From positions 64,524 through 128,523 of the forward strand of contig CAZIZO010000009.1 of the NCBI GenBank assembly GCA_964543905.1: DNA of 64,000 nt, given 5' to 3'. Position 1 is the first letter of the stretch, and every line of letters begins with the position of its first letter. The notes beneath the pieces are model-generated. The model was not told the DNA's origin. It searched no databases and worked only from the letters and a program-made list of their open reading frames with translations. Both the position numbers and the translations under genes were made by a program. Shown piece by piece: positions 36,309 through 44,738 of this stretch. The stretch comes from an uncultured Phycisphaeraceae bacterium (lineage in GTDB: Bacteria; Planctomycetota; Phycisphaerae; Phycisphaerales; UBA1924).

Positions 36309-37916
36309 TCAGCCTTTCTTGTGCCGGCGTGGCCCGGTCCAGACACGCGTCTTGTTGCGAGGCCCGCGGCTCACGGGCCCGCCACCGCGTTGAGGGTGCC
36401 CGCCCGGAGCGGATCGCTCGGACTGCGGGCGATTGGGGCGAGACGAGTGCCCCTGACCTTGCCCGTGCGATCGATGCTCGCCACGATCCTGCGCGTGTGC
36501 AGACCTGTGTCCGGAACGCTGGGCGTGGTGGTCACGATCATCACGATGCGATGGTCCGCGCTGGTCTGGGTGCGGCCGCTGCGGCCTTTGCCCATGCCCG
36601 CCACCGGTCGCCCCGCGGTGGTGCGAGCCTCCGTGATTCGAGTTGGTCCGCTGGTCCGCGGGCTCCATGCTCAGGTCGGCCTCGGTCCATCGTCGGCGCT
36701 GGGGAATCGGCTCGCCCGCGTCGTCGCGTGGCTCGTGCGGCATCACGATGCTGGTCGCGGAATCTGGGAGCGCGGGCAACTGCGTAATCGCGGGGATCTT
36801 CTTGCCCGTCAACTTCTCGATGTCGCGGAGGTAGGCACGCTCTTCCCCGTCGCAGAAGGAGATCGCCACACCCGTCGCCCCGGCGCGGCCCGTGCGACCG
36901 ATGCGGTGCACGTAGGCCTCGGGCTCGTTGGGCAGATCGAAGTTGAAGACGTGCGTGATGCCGTCCACGTCGAGCCCGCGGGCCGCGACGTCGGTCGCCA
37001 CCAGCACGCGGCTTCGCCCCGTGCGGAAGGCGGCGAGCGCCCGCTCCCGCTGGTTCTGAGCCTTGTTGCCGTGGATCGCCTGGCTGGTGATGCCCGAGCG
37101 CTCGAGGCGGCGACCGAGTTTGTCGGCCCCGTGCTTGGTTCGGGTGAAGACGACGGCACGCTGCACGTTGCCCTCGTGGATCAGGTGCTCCAAGAGCGCC
37201 ATCTTCTTGATGCGCGGCACCATGTACACCGACTGCTCGATGAGCGGGACCGCGGACGCGACGGGCGTCACCGAGACCCGCACCGGGTCCTTCAGGAGCG
37301 ACTCGGCGAGCCTCACGATTTCTCTCGGCATCGTCGCGGAAAAGAGCAGCGTCTGACGGCCCGCCGGAATCTGCGACGCGATCCGCCGGATGGGATTGAT
37401 AAAGCCCATGTCGAGCATGCGGTCGGATTCGTCGAGGACGAGCACGCGAACGCTCTGCAGGTGCACCAGCCCCTGCTCCATGAGGTCGATGAGCCGACCG
37501 GGCGTCGCGACCAGAACGTCTACGCCGCGCTGGATGGCCTTTACCTGGTGGAACTGCTTGACCCCACCGTAGATCACCGCGTGGCGCAGCCCGGCGTGCC
37601 GACCGTAGGTCGAAAAACTCTCCCCGATCTGCGTCGCGAGTTCGCGCGTGGGGCACACGATGAGCGCCCGGACCATCGCCGTGCCTCGCTTGGTCTTATC
37701 AACCTCTTCGGTCATGAGGCGGTGGATGATGGGCAGCGCGAACGCCGCGGTCTTCCCCGTGCCCGTCTGCGCACAGCCAAGCACATCGCGCCCGCTCAGG
37801 ATGGGTGGAATGGACTGCGCCTGGATCGGCGTCGGGGTGTCATAGCCCTCTTCGTGCAGGGCGGTCAGGATCGAGTTGGAAAGCCCGAGGGACGAGAACG
37901 GAACAGAATTCGACAA
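36309..37916 (-). CDS. DEAD-box ATP-dependent RNA helicase (RhlE-like) with His/Arg-rich tail
   Basis: Q-motif [32 protein letters not shown] (DEAD-type motif II with the third residue S), [25 protein letters not shown]. Proposed TTG start at 37916, 9 nt after GAAGGAG. The only in-frame ATG is far upstream at 38120. Confidence 0.85.
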   Translation of the reverse strand: MSNSVPFSSLGLSNSILTALHEEGYDTPTPIQAQSIPPILSGRDVLGCAQTGTGKTAAFALPIIHRLMTEEVDKTKRGTAMVRALIVCPTRELATQIGESFSTYGRHAGLRHAVIYGGVKQFHQVKAIQRGVDVLVATPGRLIDLMEQGLVHLQSVRVLVLDESDRMLDMGFINPIRRIASQIPAGRQTLLFSATMPREIVRLAESLLKDPVRVSVTPVASAVPLIEQSVYMVPRIKKMALLEHLIHEGNVQRAVVFTRTKHGADKLGRRLERSGITSQAIHGNKAQNQRERALAAFRTGRSRVLVATDVAARGLDVDGITHVFNFDLPNEPEAYVHRIGRTGRAGATGVAISFCDGEERAYLRDIEKLTGKKIPAITQLPALPDSATSIVMPHEPRDDAGEPIPQRRRWTEADLSMEPADQRTNSNHGGSHHRGATGGGHGQRPQRPHPDQRGPSHRDDRDHHAQRSGHRSAHAQDRGEHRSHGQGQGHSSRPNRPQSERSAPGGHPQRGGGPVSRGPRNKTRVWTGPRRHKKG

Positions 37917-38168
37917 AGCGAGAGACTCCTTCGCGGGCGCGGCATGACCGCGCGGCGAGATGTTTCGGGCGTTTCTTGAGGACCAACGTAGGTTCAAGTC
38001 CGGCCGTACTGGGGTGGAGCGAACCGCACGCTCGCTCACGCGAGGGTGGTCGCCGCCAGCAGATTCCCAGAACGATTCCGCCCGATCGAGACGGGCAAAG
38101 CACGCTGAGGCCACCGGCAAGTGCCGAATGATAGGCGCACCGGCGGGTTCGCGAGCATCGAACGGGTC

Positions 38169-39251
38169 TCAAAGTTCCCGGACGATCCCCGAGCCCTTCT
38201 TGACCTCGCCCACGACGTAGACCTTCTCCCCGAGTTTTTCGAGTTTCTCTTGGATCGACTCGGCGAACGCGGGCCGGACGATCACGCAGTACCCGAGTCC
38301 CAGATTGAACACGCGACGCATCTCGCCCTCGCTGATCTTGCCGTGACGCTGCAAGAACTCAAAGACTGCCGGCACCTCCCACGACTTCGTGTTGACCACC
38401 GCGTCGAGGGTGGGCGGCAACGCGCGGCAGAGATTACCCGAGAGCCCGCTCCCGGTGATGTGCGCCATCCCGCTGATGACGTTCTTCACCCGGTACTTCC
38501 GCTGCAACTTGACGATGGGCGGCGCGTAGAGCCGCGTGGGTGTCAAGAGCACCTCCCCCAGCGTTTTCTCCGCATCGAGGTCGCGGTACACCTTGCCGAG
38601 GTCCAGTTTCGCCGTTTCGACGACCTTGCGCACCAGCGTGTAGCCGTTGCTGTGGACGCCGTCCGACGCCAGGCCCAGCACGACATCACCGATCTGCACG
38701 CGCGTGGGCTTGGTCGCCCGCTTGAGTTCGACGACTCCAACGCAGAAGCCCGCGAGGTCGAAGTCGCCCTTGCGATACAGGTCGGGCATGTTCGCCGTCT
38801 CACCGCCGATCAGGGCGCACTCGCACCTCGCGCACGCGTCGGCGATGCCCTTCATCACGTCGTACAGGAACTTCGTGTCCACCTCGGGCGTCGCGATGTA
38901 ATCCAGGAAGAACAAGGGCTCGGCCCCCTGCACGACGAGGTCGTTCACGTTCATCGCCACCAGATCGATCCCGATCGTGTCGAACTTCCTCATCTCCGCC
39001 GCGAGTTTGATCTTGGTTCCCACGCCATCGCAGCACGCGACCAGGACGGGGTCCTTGTAGTTTCGTCGGAAGAGTTTGTGGTTGAAGTCGAGTCGAAAGA
39101 GCCCGGCAAACCCGCCCGGGTTGTCGATCACGCGATCCGTGTACGTCCGCCGCAGCAGCGACCCGAGCGACTCGGTGAACGCGTCCTTCTTGTCGATATC
39201 GACTCCCGAGTCGGCGTAGGTCAGCCCGTTGGTCTTGCTGGCGGTCGGCAT
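38169..39251 (-). CDS. purM: phosphoribosylformylglycinamidine cyclo-ligase (AIR synthetase)
   Basis: LTYADSGVDIDKKD, GGFAGLF, DGVGTK, DLVAMNVNDL, GGETA, SDGVHSNGY. Confidence 0.9.
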   Translation of the reverse strand: MPTASKTNGLTYADSGVDIDKKDAFTESLGSLLRRTYTDRVIDNPGGFAGLFRLDFNHKLFRRNYKDPVLVACCDGVGTKIKLAAEMRKFDTIGIDLVAMNVNDLVVQGAEPLFFLDYIATPEVDTKFLYDVMKGIADACARCECALIGGETANMPDLYRKGDFDLAGFCVGVVELKRATKPTRVQIGDVVLGLASDGVHSNGYTLVRKVVETAKLDLGKVYRDLDAEKTLGEVLLTPTRLYAPPIVKLQRKYRVKNVISGMAHITGSGLSGNLCRALPPTLDAVVNTKSWEVPAVFEFLQRHGKISEGEMRRVFNLGLGYCVIVRPAFAESIQEKLEKLGEKVYVVGEVKKGSGIVREL

Positions 39252-39315
39252 CCCAGAGGATAGTGCGGGTTCTCCGCCCCGAGCCTCCCGCACAGCCCCA
39301 TCCCTATCCTTCTGC

Positions 39316-39933
39316 ATGCGAACGGCGCTCGCGATCATCACCCTGTCCTGGCTCACCCTCGCCGGGTGCGTCAACTCGAACGCACGCACCACCGTCGGCG
39401 AGAGCGTGATCCTCCCGGCGTTCACCGAGGCCGGCGTCAACCCGCGCGGGCTCCCCCCCACCTCCGCCCCCTCGCTCGACGGGATGGATCGGAGCCACTG
39501 GTCCCGCCAGGTCTTCCTCGTGCCCGTCGATGGTCCTCAATATCGCCCCCTCTACGCCACCCAACTCACCCAGCACAACGACACGGTCCGACAGCGCCTC
39601 GAGTTTCCCTCGCCCACGAGCGCTCTCGAACTCTCGCGCACGTCGCAGGGCGAGCAGATCGGCGACGCCGCCTCCTCCGCCGGATATGCCCTCTGGGACC
39701 TGCTCGCCATGGTCCCGCGCATGTGCATGACCTCCCCCTGGAGTGGCCCGCAGCGCGGCGACGTGCAGTCGTACTGGCGAGCACCGGTCACGGAGGCCCG
39801 GGCAACCTCCACGCCCACGAGCGACCTCGACCCGCCCGCCCATGGCATGCCCGGCAGCGGCTACACCGAATCCGGAGCGCCCGCCAGCAAAATGACCGAC
39901 CCGGCCGCCGCCTACGACCGCGCGCCCCGGTGA
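39316..39933 (+). CDS. hypothetical lipoprotein
   Basis: MRTALAIITLSWLTLAGCVNS contains a lipobox (L-A-G-C). No family recognised. Confidence 0.55.
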   Translation: MRTALAIITLSWLTLAGCVNSNARTTVGESVILPAFTEAGVNPRGLPPTSAPSLDGMDRSHWSRQVFLVPVDGPQYRPLYATQLTQHNDTVRQRLEFPSPTSALELSRTSQGEQIGDAASSAGYALWDLLAMVPRMCMTSPWSGPQRGDVQSYWRAPVTEARATSTPTSDLDPPAHGMPGSGYTESGAPASKMTDPAAAYDRAPR

Positions 39934-39956
39934 GCGATCCTGCTCGGCATGAGAAC

Positions 39957-40448
39957 TCAACTCTTCATGTTGACATATTGAAGCGGTACGGGCAGGTTCG
40001 CCCCGTTCAGCAGTTTGATCACGGCCTGCAAGTCGTCGATCTGTTTTCCCGTCACACGCAGTTCGTCCCCTTGGATCGACGCCTGCACCTTCATCTTCGT
40101 GTCCTTGATCATCTTGACGATGTTCTTCGCCACGTCCTGCTCGATGCCGTCCTGGATCTTCGCCTCGACCTTGATCCGCCCCGCGACGGTCGGCTCCTGC
40201 TCGCCCCAGGCAAAAGTCTTGAGGCTGAGGCCGCGACGCGAGGCCGCCGTATCGAACATCTCGATGATGCCCCGGACCTTGGTCCCATCGTCGCTCACGA
40301 TCTTCAGTTTCTTCTCCTTCGGGTCCACGTGCAGTTCGACGTGCACGCCCCGATAATCAAAGCGTGCGGCGATCGCCTTCTTGGTGTTGTTGATCGCGTT
40401 GTCGAGTTCGGCAAAGTTGACTCGGGAGACGATATCGAATGAAGGCAT
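39957..40448 (-). CDS. yajQ: YajQ-family (UPF0234) nucleotide/c-di-GMP-binding protein
   Basis: MPSFDIVSRVNFAELDNAINNTKKAIAARFDYRG and 163 aa, typical of YajQ. Confidence 0.85.
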   Translation of the reverse strand: MPSFDIVSRVNFAELDNAINNTKKAIAARFDYRGVHVELHVDPKEKKLKIVSDDGTKVRGIIEMFDTAASRRGLSLKTFAWGEQEPTVAGRIKVEAKIQDGIEQDVAKNIVKMIKDTKMKVQASIQGDELRVTGKQIDDLQAVIKLLNGANLPVPLQYVNMKS

Positions 40449-40590
40449 GGGGTGGTCCTGTCAGGTCTGGAGGTGATGGAAAAGAATAGCGCCGTGGTTC
40501 CCGATCGCGCGCAGGCTCACCGCCGCTCCACAACTCCATCCCCCATGAACCCCGGGTAACATACTTCTCCGAAGGGCGTTCGCGGCGCTG

Positions 40591-41148
40591 GTGTCGATGT
40601 GGAAGCAGGACACGGGAGGTGACGCAGCGATGTTCAAAGATACCGCACTTGAAGCGACGGTCCTCGACGCACGCGGGCGCGAAGTTCCACTCGTGCCCCA
40701 CAACGTCCAACTGCACCTCGCCCGAGACACGGAAATGGGTCGTCGCCTCAGGGCTTCGTCCACCTTGCCGAAGGAGAAGCCCACAGGTTCCGAAATCCGA
40801 CGCGGCATCGGCTATGGAATCCTTGCGATCCCGCTCCTGCTCGTCGGGGCCCTCGCCCCGGCCTCTATGGCGTTCTCGCTTAAGTGGCCCCTGTGGCTCA
40901 TGCTCCTCGCCGCCATCCCCTTGAGCGTCATCCCGGCGCTCGTCACCCTCTTTGTCGCGCGCCGAGCCGCCGGGCAACGCATCGCGCGGGTTTATGCGCA
41001 TGCGGGCTATTGCGGATCGTGTGCGCACGACCTGCACGCCATCCACGCCGAAGCCGACGGATGCACCGTCTGCCCCGAGTGCGGCGCGGCATGGCGCGTC
41101 GGCGCCGAGCAACAAGCGCCGATCGCGTCCGCCGCTCCGATGGGGTAG
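40591..41148 (+). CDS. hypothetical membrane protein with C-terminal zinc-ribbon-like CxxC...CxxC
   Basis: Two TM helices, then CGSCAHDL...CTVCPECG. GTG40591 or ATG40597 start. Confidence 0.45.
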   Translation: MSMWKQDTGGDAAMFKDTALEATVLDARGREVPLVPHNVQLHLARDTEMGRRLRASSTLPKEKPTGSEIRRGIGYGILAIPLLLVGALAPASMAFSLKWPLWLMLLAAIPLSVIPALVTLFVARRAAGQRIARVYAHAGYCGSCAHDLHAIHAEADGCTVCPECGAAWRVGAEQQAPIASAAPMG

Positions 41149-41197
41149 TGTTGCCACGCCTTCTTCGACCCCACGTCACCCGCCCAACTTGGGCACT

Positions 41198-41635
41198 TCA
41201 CCTCGGGAGCGCGTCCAGGAAGTCTCGGAGAATCGCCGCCGCCGCGATCGCGTCTCGACGCTCCTTCTTTTGCTTGTGCGTCAGCCCCGATTGCGCCATC
41301 TGCCAATCGGCGTCCGCGGTCGACAGCCGCTCGTCCTGGAAGTGCAGCGTTCGCCTCGTGGCGTCCGCAATCCTCGCGCCGAACGCACGGACCATCAGCG
41401 CTCGAGGGCCTTCACGCCCATCCATATTGAACGGCAGCCCCACTACCAACTCGCCCGGAGAGCGTTCCCCGAGATGCTCGCGGGTCGCGCGAACAAGGGC
41501 CTCGAGCAGCGCGTGTCCCTCTCGATCACGCAATGGAACGTGCAGGACGTCCACCGGCGCGGCAAGCCGAGTCTCGGAATCGCCCATCGCGAGTCCCGTT
41601 CGCTTCTCGCCAAGATCGATGCAGAGGTAGCGCAT
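41198..41635 (-). CDS. ruvX: Holliday junction resolvase-like protein RuvX (YqgF)
   Basis: MRYLCIDLGEKRTGLAMGD, VVGLPFNMDG, DERLSTADA. Confidence 0.85.
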   Translation of the reverse strand: MRYLCIDLGEKRTGLAMGDSETRLAAPVDVLHVPLRDREGHALLEALVRATREHLGERSPGELVVGLPFNMDGREGPRALMVRAFGARIADATRRTLHFQDERLSTADADWQMAQSGLTHKQKKERRDAIAAAAILRDFLDALPR

Positions 41636-41749
41636 GCGCGTGCGTCAATCCTACATCGACCAGCGAGCCCGCGAAGGCCCGTTCCCGGCCCTCGCCGACT
41701 CCCCCGGCACGATCCGGGCGACGACCTTCGAAGCCCGATCGACGCAGGC

Positions 41750-43462
41750 TCAGCAGCCCGCATCAAAGCGCGTCAGGTAGTACAACAGGTCGTCGATCGT
41801 GATCCCGCCGTCGGGGGTCGCGGTGGCGGTCCCGTCGTCGATGTCGGCCGTGATCTCGCCCGCCGCAAAGCGATCGAGATAGAACAGGAGGTCGTCGATC
41901 GTGATCCCGCCGTCGGGCGTGCCGGTGTTGGTGCCGTCGTCGAAGTCGGCGACGCAGCCGACGCGGGCGCTGAAGAGACCGTGGGTGTTGTCGGTGAACA
42001 CGAGTTTGAAGACGAGTTCACCACCCGAGGTCCACTGCCCCAGACCCGACTCGGTGGAATCGTGCTCAAAGACGATGGAGCGAATGATCTTGTCGCCCCC
42101 TTCCGGAACGTGGAAGGATTGCCCAGCGCGCGCGATGGCACGCACGGTCCCCGCCCGGTCGGCGGCAAAGAGTGCCATCGATCGCGCGGGCGTGACGTCC
42201 GCGCCGCGCAGATGGGCCGTGAACGCGATCCGACCCGAGCGGCTGGCGCGAGGCTCGCCCAAGATGTTGTAGACCGTGCCGGGGGCCTGGTCCGCGGCCT
42301 GGTCGCCCCGACGGACGATGCGGCGAGGCGAAACGGCTCCCGGATCGAGCACGAAGACGCCCGCGTTGTTCTCGCTTGTCACGTGGCCTGTGAGGTACGC
42401 GAGGAACGCGATGCCGCCACGGGGCATCAGCGAGAGCCGCCTCGCAAAGGACGCGAAGAAGACGCCGGGCATGTCGGGAACGGGGTCTTGGGCCCGCACG
42501 ACGGGCACGGGACCGGAGCCCGTGTCTATGCAAAGCACCTGATCAAACGGGCCACCGAACGAGGGAGCGACCCGTGCGAAGAAGGCGATGGTGCCCGCGT
42601 CGATGATGAGCGGCTCACCCGAGAGTTCGGCCCAGGTGCGCCCGGGGTCGTTGGGAACAGGTGCGCCGGTCAGGGCCACCTGGCTGAGCGTTCCGAAGCG
42701 ATCGGTGAACAGCCCCAAGGCGTAGTTCGTCGGAGCGGGGGCGGAACCCACGCCCGCCTCGGAGCGAAACACGACCTTGCCGAGATCGTTGAGCGAAGGC
42801 GAGCCGAGGGAGCGCAGGCGAGAATCGGGCGGAAGATTGGGCCCCGGCGCGGGCGTGGCGGTGCTGTAGACGGTCGAGCCCGGAACGATCTGGATCGCCG
42901 TTCCTGTGGACCACGCCGAGCGTCCGGATGGCGAGAGTGGGACCAACCCCGGCAACGTCTGCTGATTGATCGCGTCGCGTGCCACCAGCCCGAGCGACGT
43001 CGATTCGACAAACAGAGCCACGTTGGTCTGCTCGGTCGAAGGGGGCGTTCCCTCCACCACGACGCCCGAAAGGGCGATGTTCTTGGCCCAGTTGAAGGCG
43101 GCGGTGGGGATGGCACGGAGCGTGCCGTTGGGCATGCCGGGGGCCGGGTCGCCCTCGCGAGCGAGGAGGGCGAACGAGCCGCCGCGGTTGGACCACAGCG
43201 AACCGTCATTCGCGAACGTGACATCCGTGCCCGCGAGGCGAGCCCAGAAAAGAATGCGGCCGTCTTCGGCGATCCGCGGGTCGGAAACGGCTTCAAACGT
43301 CAGCGACGTGCCGGGCGCGGCCTGCCCAGAGAGGGCAATCGTGGTGTATCGGATTTGACGGGCAAGCGACGGCGTCGCAAGGCACGCGGCAAGCAGGGCG
43401 GGTGCCAGGAACCGGGCGAGGGGGATCGGACGACGTTGCGCAGGATGAACGGCCTGAGTCAT
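41750..43462 (-). CDS. secreted xxGxxAF-repeat protein with GC-dockerin-like C-terminus
   Basis: Signal peptide MTQAVHPAQRRPIPLARFLAPALLAACLATPSLA (alternative ATG at 43498). Repeated units AEDGRILFWARL, LNDLGKVVFRSE, IDAGTIAFFARV, PRGGIAFLAYL, SRSGRIAFTAHL. Ends CVADFDDGTNTGTPDGGITIDDLLFYLDRFAAGEITADIDDGTATATPDGGITIDDLLYYLTRFDAGC-stop. Confidence 0.85.
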   Translation of the reverse strand: MTQAVHPAQRRPIPLARFLAPALLAACLATPSLARQIRYTTIALSGQAAPGTSLTFEAVSDPRIAEDGRILFWARLAGTDVTFANDGSLWSNRGGSFALLAREGDPAPGMPNGTLRAIPTAAFNWAKNIALSGVVVEGTPPSTEQTNVALFVESTSLGLVARDAINQQTLPGLVPLSPSGRSAWSTGTAIQIVPGSTVYSTATPAPGPNLPPDSRLRSLGSPSLNDLGKVVFRSEAGVGSAPAPTNYALGLFTDRFGTLSQVALTGAPVPNDPGRTWAELSGEPLIIDAGTIAFFARVAPSFGGPFDQVLCIDTGSGPVPVVRAQDPVPDMPGVFFASFARRLSLMPRGGIAFLAYLTGHVTSENNAGVFVLDPGAVSPRRIVRRGDQAADQAPGTVYNILGEPRASRSGRIAFTAHLRGADVTPARSMALFAADRAGTVRAIARAGQSFHVPEGGDKIIRSIVFEHDSTESGLGQWTSGGELVFKLVFTDNTHGLFSARVGCVADFDDGTNTGTPDGGITIDDLLFYLDRFAAGEITADIDDGTATATPDGGITIDDLLYYLTRFDAGC

Positions 43463-43720
43463 GTTCGAGCCCCTGTGGAGGCGGCGTGTGAACGACATCC
43501 GTGTGCCGCGGCCGTCGCCGAACCAACCCGCGAGCCTCACCGCGGTATCGGCAGCATCACCCCACGCCCCCTTGCCATCGTGTCCTACCACCCGATCCCG
43601 CGCGGGTTGCACGTGAAAGACGAAAAATCCTGTCGGGGCTGCAACTCCCAGATGTCACGCGTGTATGCCCCAACGACGCGGCAGATTGACCTGCCGATGG
43701 TCCTGCACAGGGGTTTTCTC

Positions 43721-44737
43721 ATGACGTGTACTCGATGCGGCTCCGCCGGTCGTCCTGCCTTTGCCCTCTTGGACCTGCTGACGCTGCTGGCGCTCGCGAC
43801 GATCGTCGTGGCCCTGCTGAGCGTCATGGGCACGCGCTCGCGCCATCTGGGACAACTGGGCGAGTCGATGGCGAATCTCAAGTTCTACGCGTCCGGGTCG
43901 CAGAGTTATGCGGCGGACTACGCCGATCGATTCTGGTCGTTCTCGTGGAGACCCAACAACGTGCCCGCGGACGCGGACCCCGATCTGAGGGCGTCCGCGC
44001 TCGGGAGTGACACGGCCGCCGCCGCCGCGCAGGCGATCCAGGTCCTGCGTCGCCGCGCCAATCGTCCGGACATCCAGATCGTGACCAACTGGATCCCGCA
44101 CATCTTGTACAGCCACCTGGTGCTGGCCGAACACATGGACGCGGAGTTGCCCGCGCGATTCGCTGTTTCGCCCGGGGATCGCGAGCGGCTCCGCTGGGCG
44201 AACGACCCCGCCGGATTTGATCGGGGGATCTACACGCCCAACCCGGGCACGGGAGAGACCGCCAAGCGATGGCCCTACTCCAGCAGTTACGAACTCGGCC
44301 CGGCGTTCTCCGGGCCGGATAGCGGCCAGAACGCGATTACGCAGTCGAATCAATCGAGTATCTATGTCGTTCCCTCCACGCCCAACGTGCTCGGCACGCG
44401 GCTGCTGAGCGAGGTCGTTCACCCCTCCCACAAAGCGATGGTTTGGGAGCAGTATTCTCGGTACCACGCGCCGCGGGCCGCGTTTTTCATGTACACCGAG
44501 GCACGGTGCCCCATCCTGTTCGTCGATGGCAGCGTTCGCCCAAGGCTGACCCAGCAGGGAAACCGCGGATGGAACCCGGCGCAGCCCACGTCCACCTTCC
44601 CCATCACCATGACCCACACGACCATGGCGTGGGAGAGCGGGGCGAGCCTCCCAACGACGACGGTGCAAGGCAACTACCGATACACCCGGCAAGGCCTCCG
44701 CGGGCGAGACTTCGACGGCGCCGAAGTCATGCCGTAA
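43721..44737 (+). CDS. pseudopilin-like protein (degenerate prepilin N-terminal helix, DUF1559-like C-terminus)
   Basis: Only the last ~339 codons of spurious track ORF 40952..44737. The N-terminus GRPAFALLDLLTLLALATIVVALLSV resembles the G-FTLIELLVV pilin helix. The C-terminal ..ILFVDGSVRP resembles the DUF1559 '...DGSV' end. ATG43697 is an alternative start. Confidence 0.55.
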   Translation: MTCTRCGSAGRPAFALLDLLTLLALATIVVALLSVMGTRSRHLGQLGESMANLKFYASGSQSYAADYADRFWSFSWRPNNVPADADPDLRASALGSDTAAAAAQAIQVLRRRANRPDIQIVTNWIPHILYSHLVLAEHMDAELPARFAVSPGDRERLRWANDPAGFDRGIYTPNPGTGETAKRWPYSSSYELGPAFSGPDSGQNAITQSNQSSIYVVPSTPNVLGTRLLSEVVHPSHKAMVWEQYSRYHAPRAAFFMYTEARCPILFVDGSVRPRLTQQGNRGWNPAQPTSTFPITMTHTTMAWESGASLPTTTVQGNYRYTRQGLRGRDFDGAEVMP

Positions 44738-44738
44738 C

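Noticed and set aside
37986-38002. GGTTCAAGTCC, a tRNA T-arm-like sequence
   Set aside because: The flanks do not form a T stem (only 3 of 5 pairs) and I could not fold an acceptor or anticodon arm around it. It lies about 75 nt upstream of the proposed TTG start of the DEAD-box helicase gene (within track ORF 36309..38120).
40952-44737. 1261-aa ORF on the plus strand
   Set aside because: It runs antisense through ruvX and the 41750-43462 cargo gene. Only the last ~339 codons (from ATG43721) have a coherent protein, with a pilin-like helix and normal composition.
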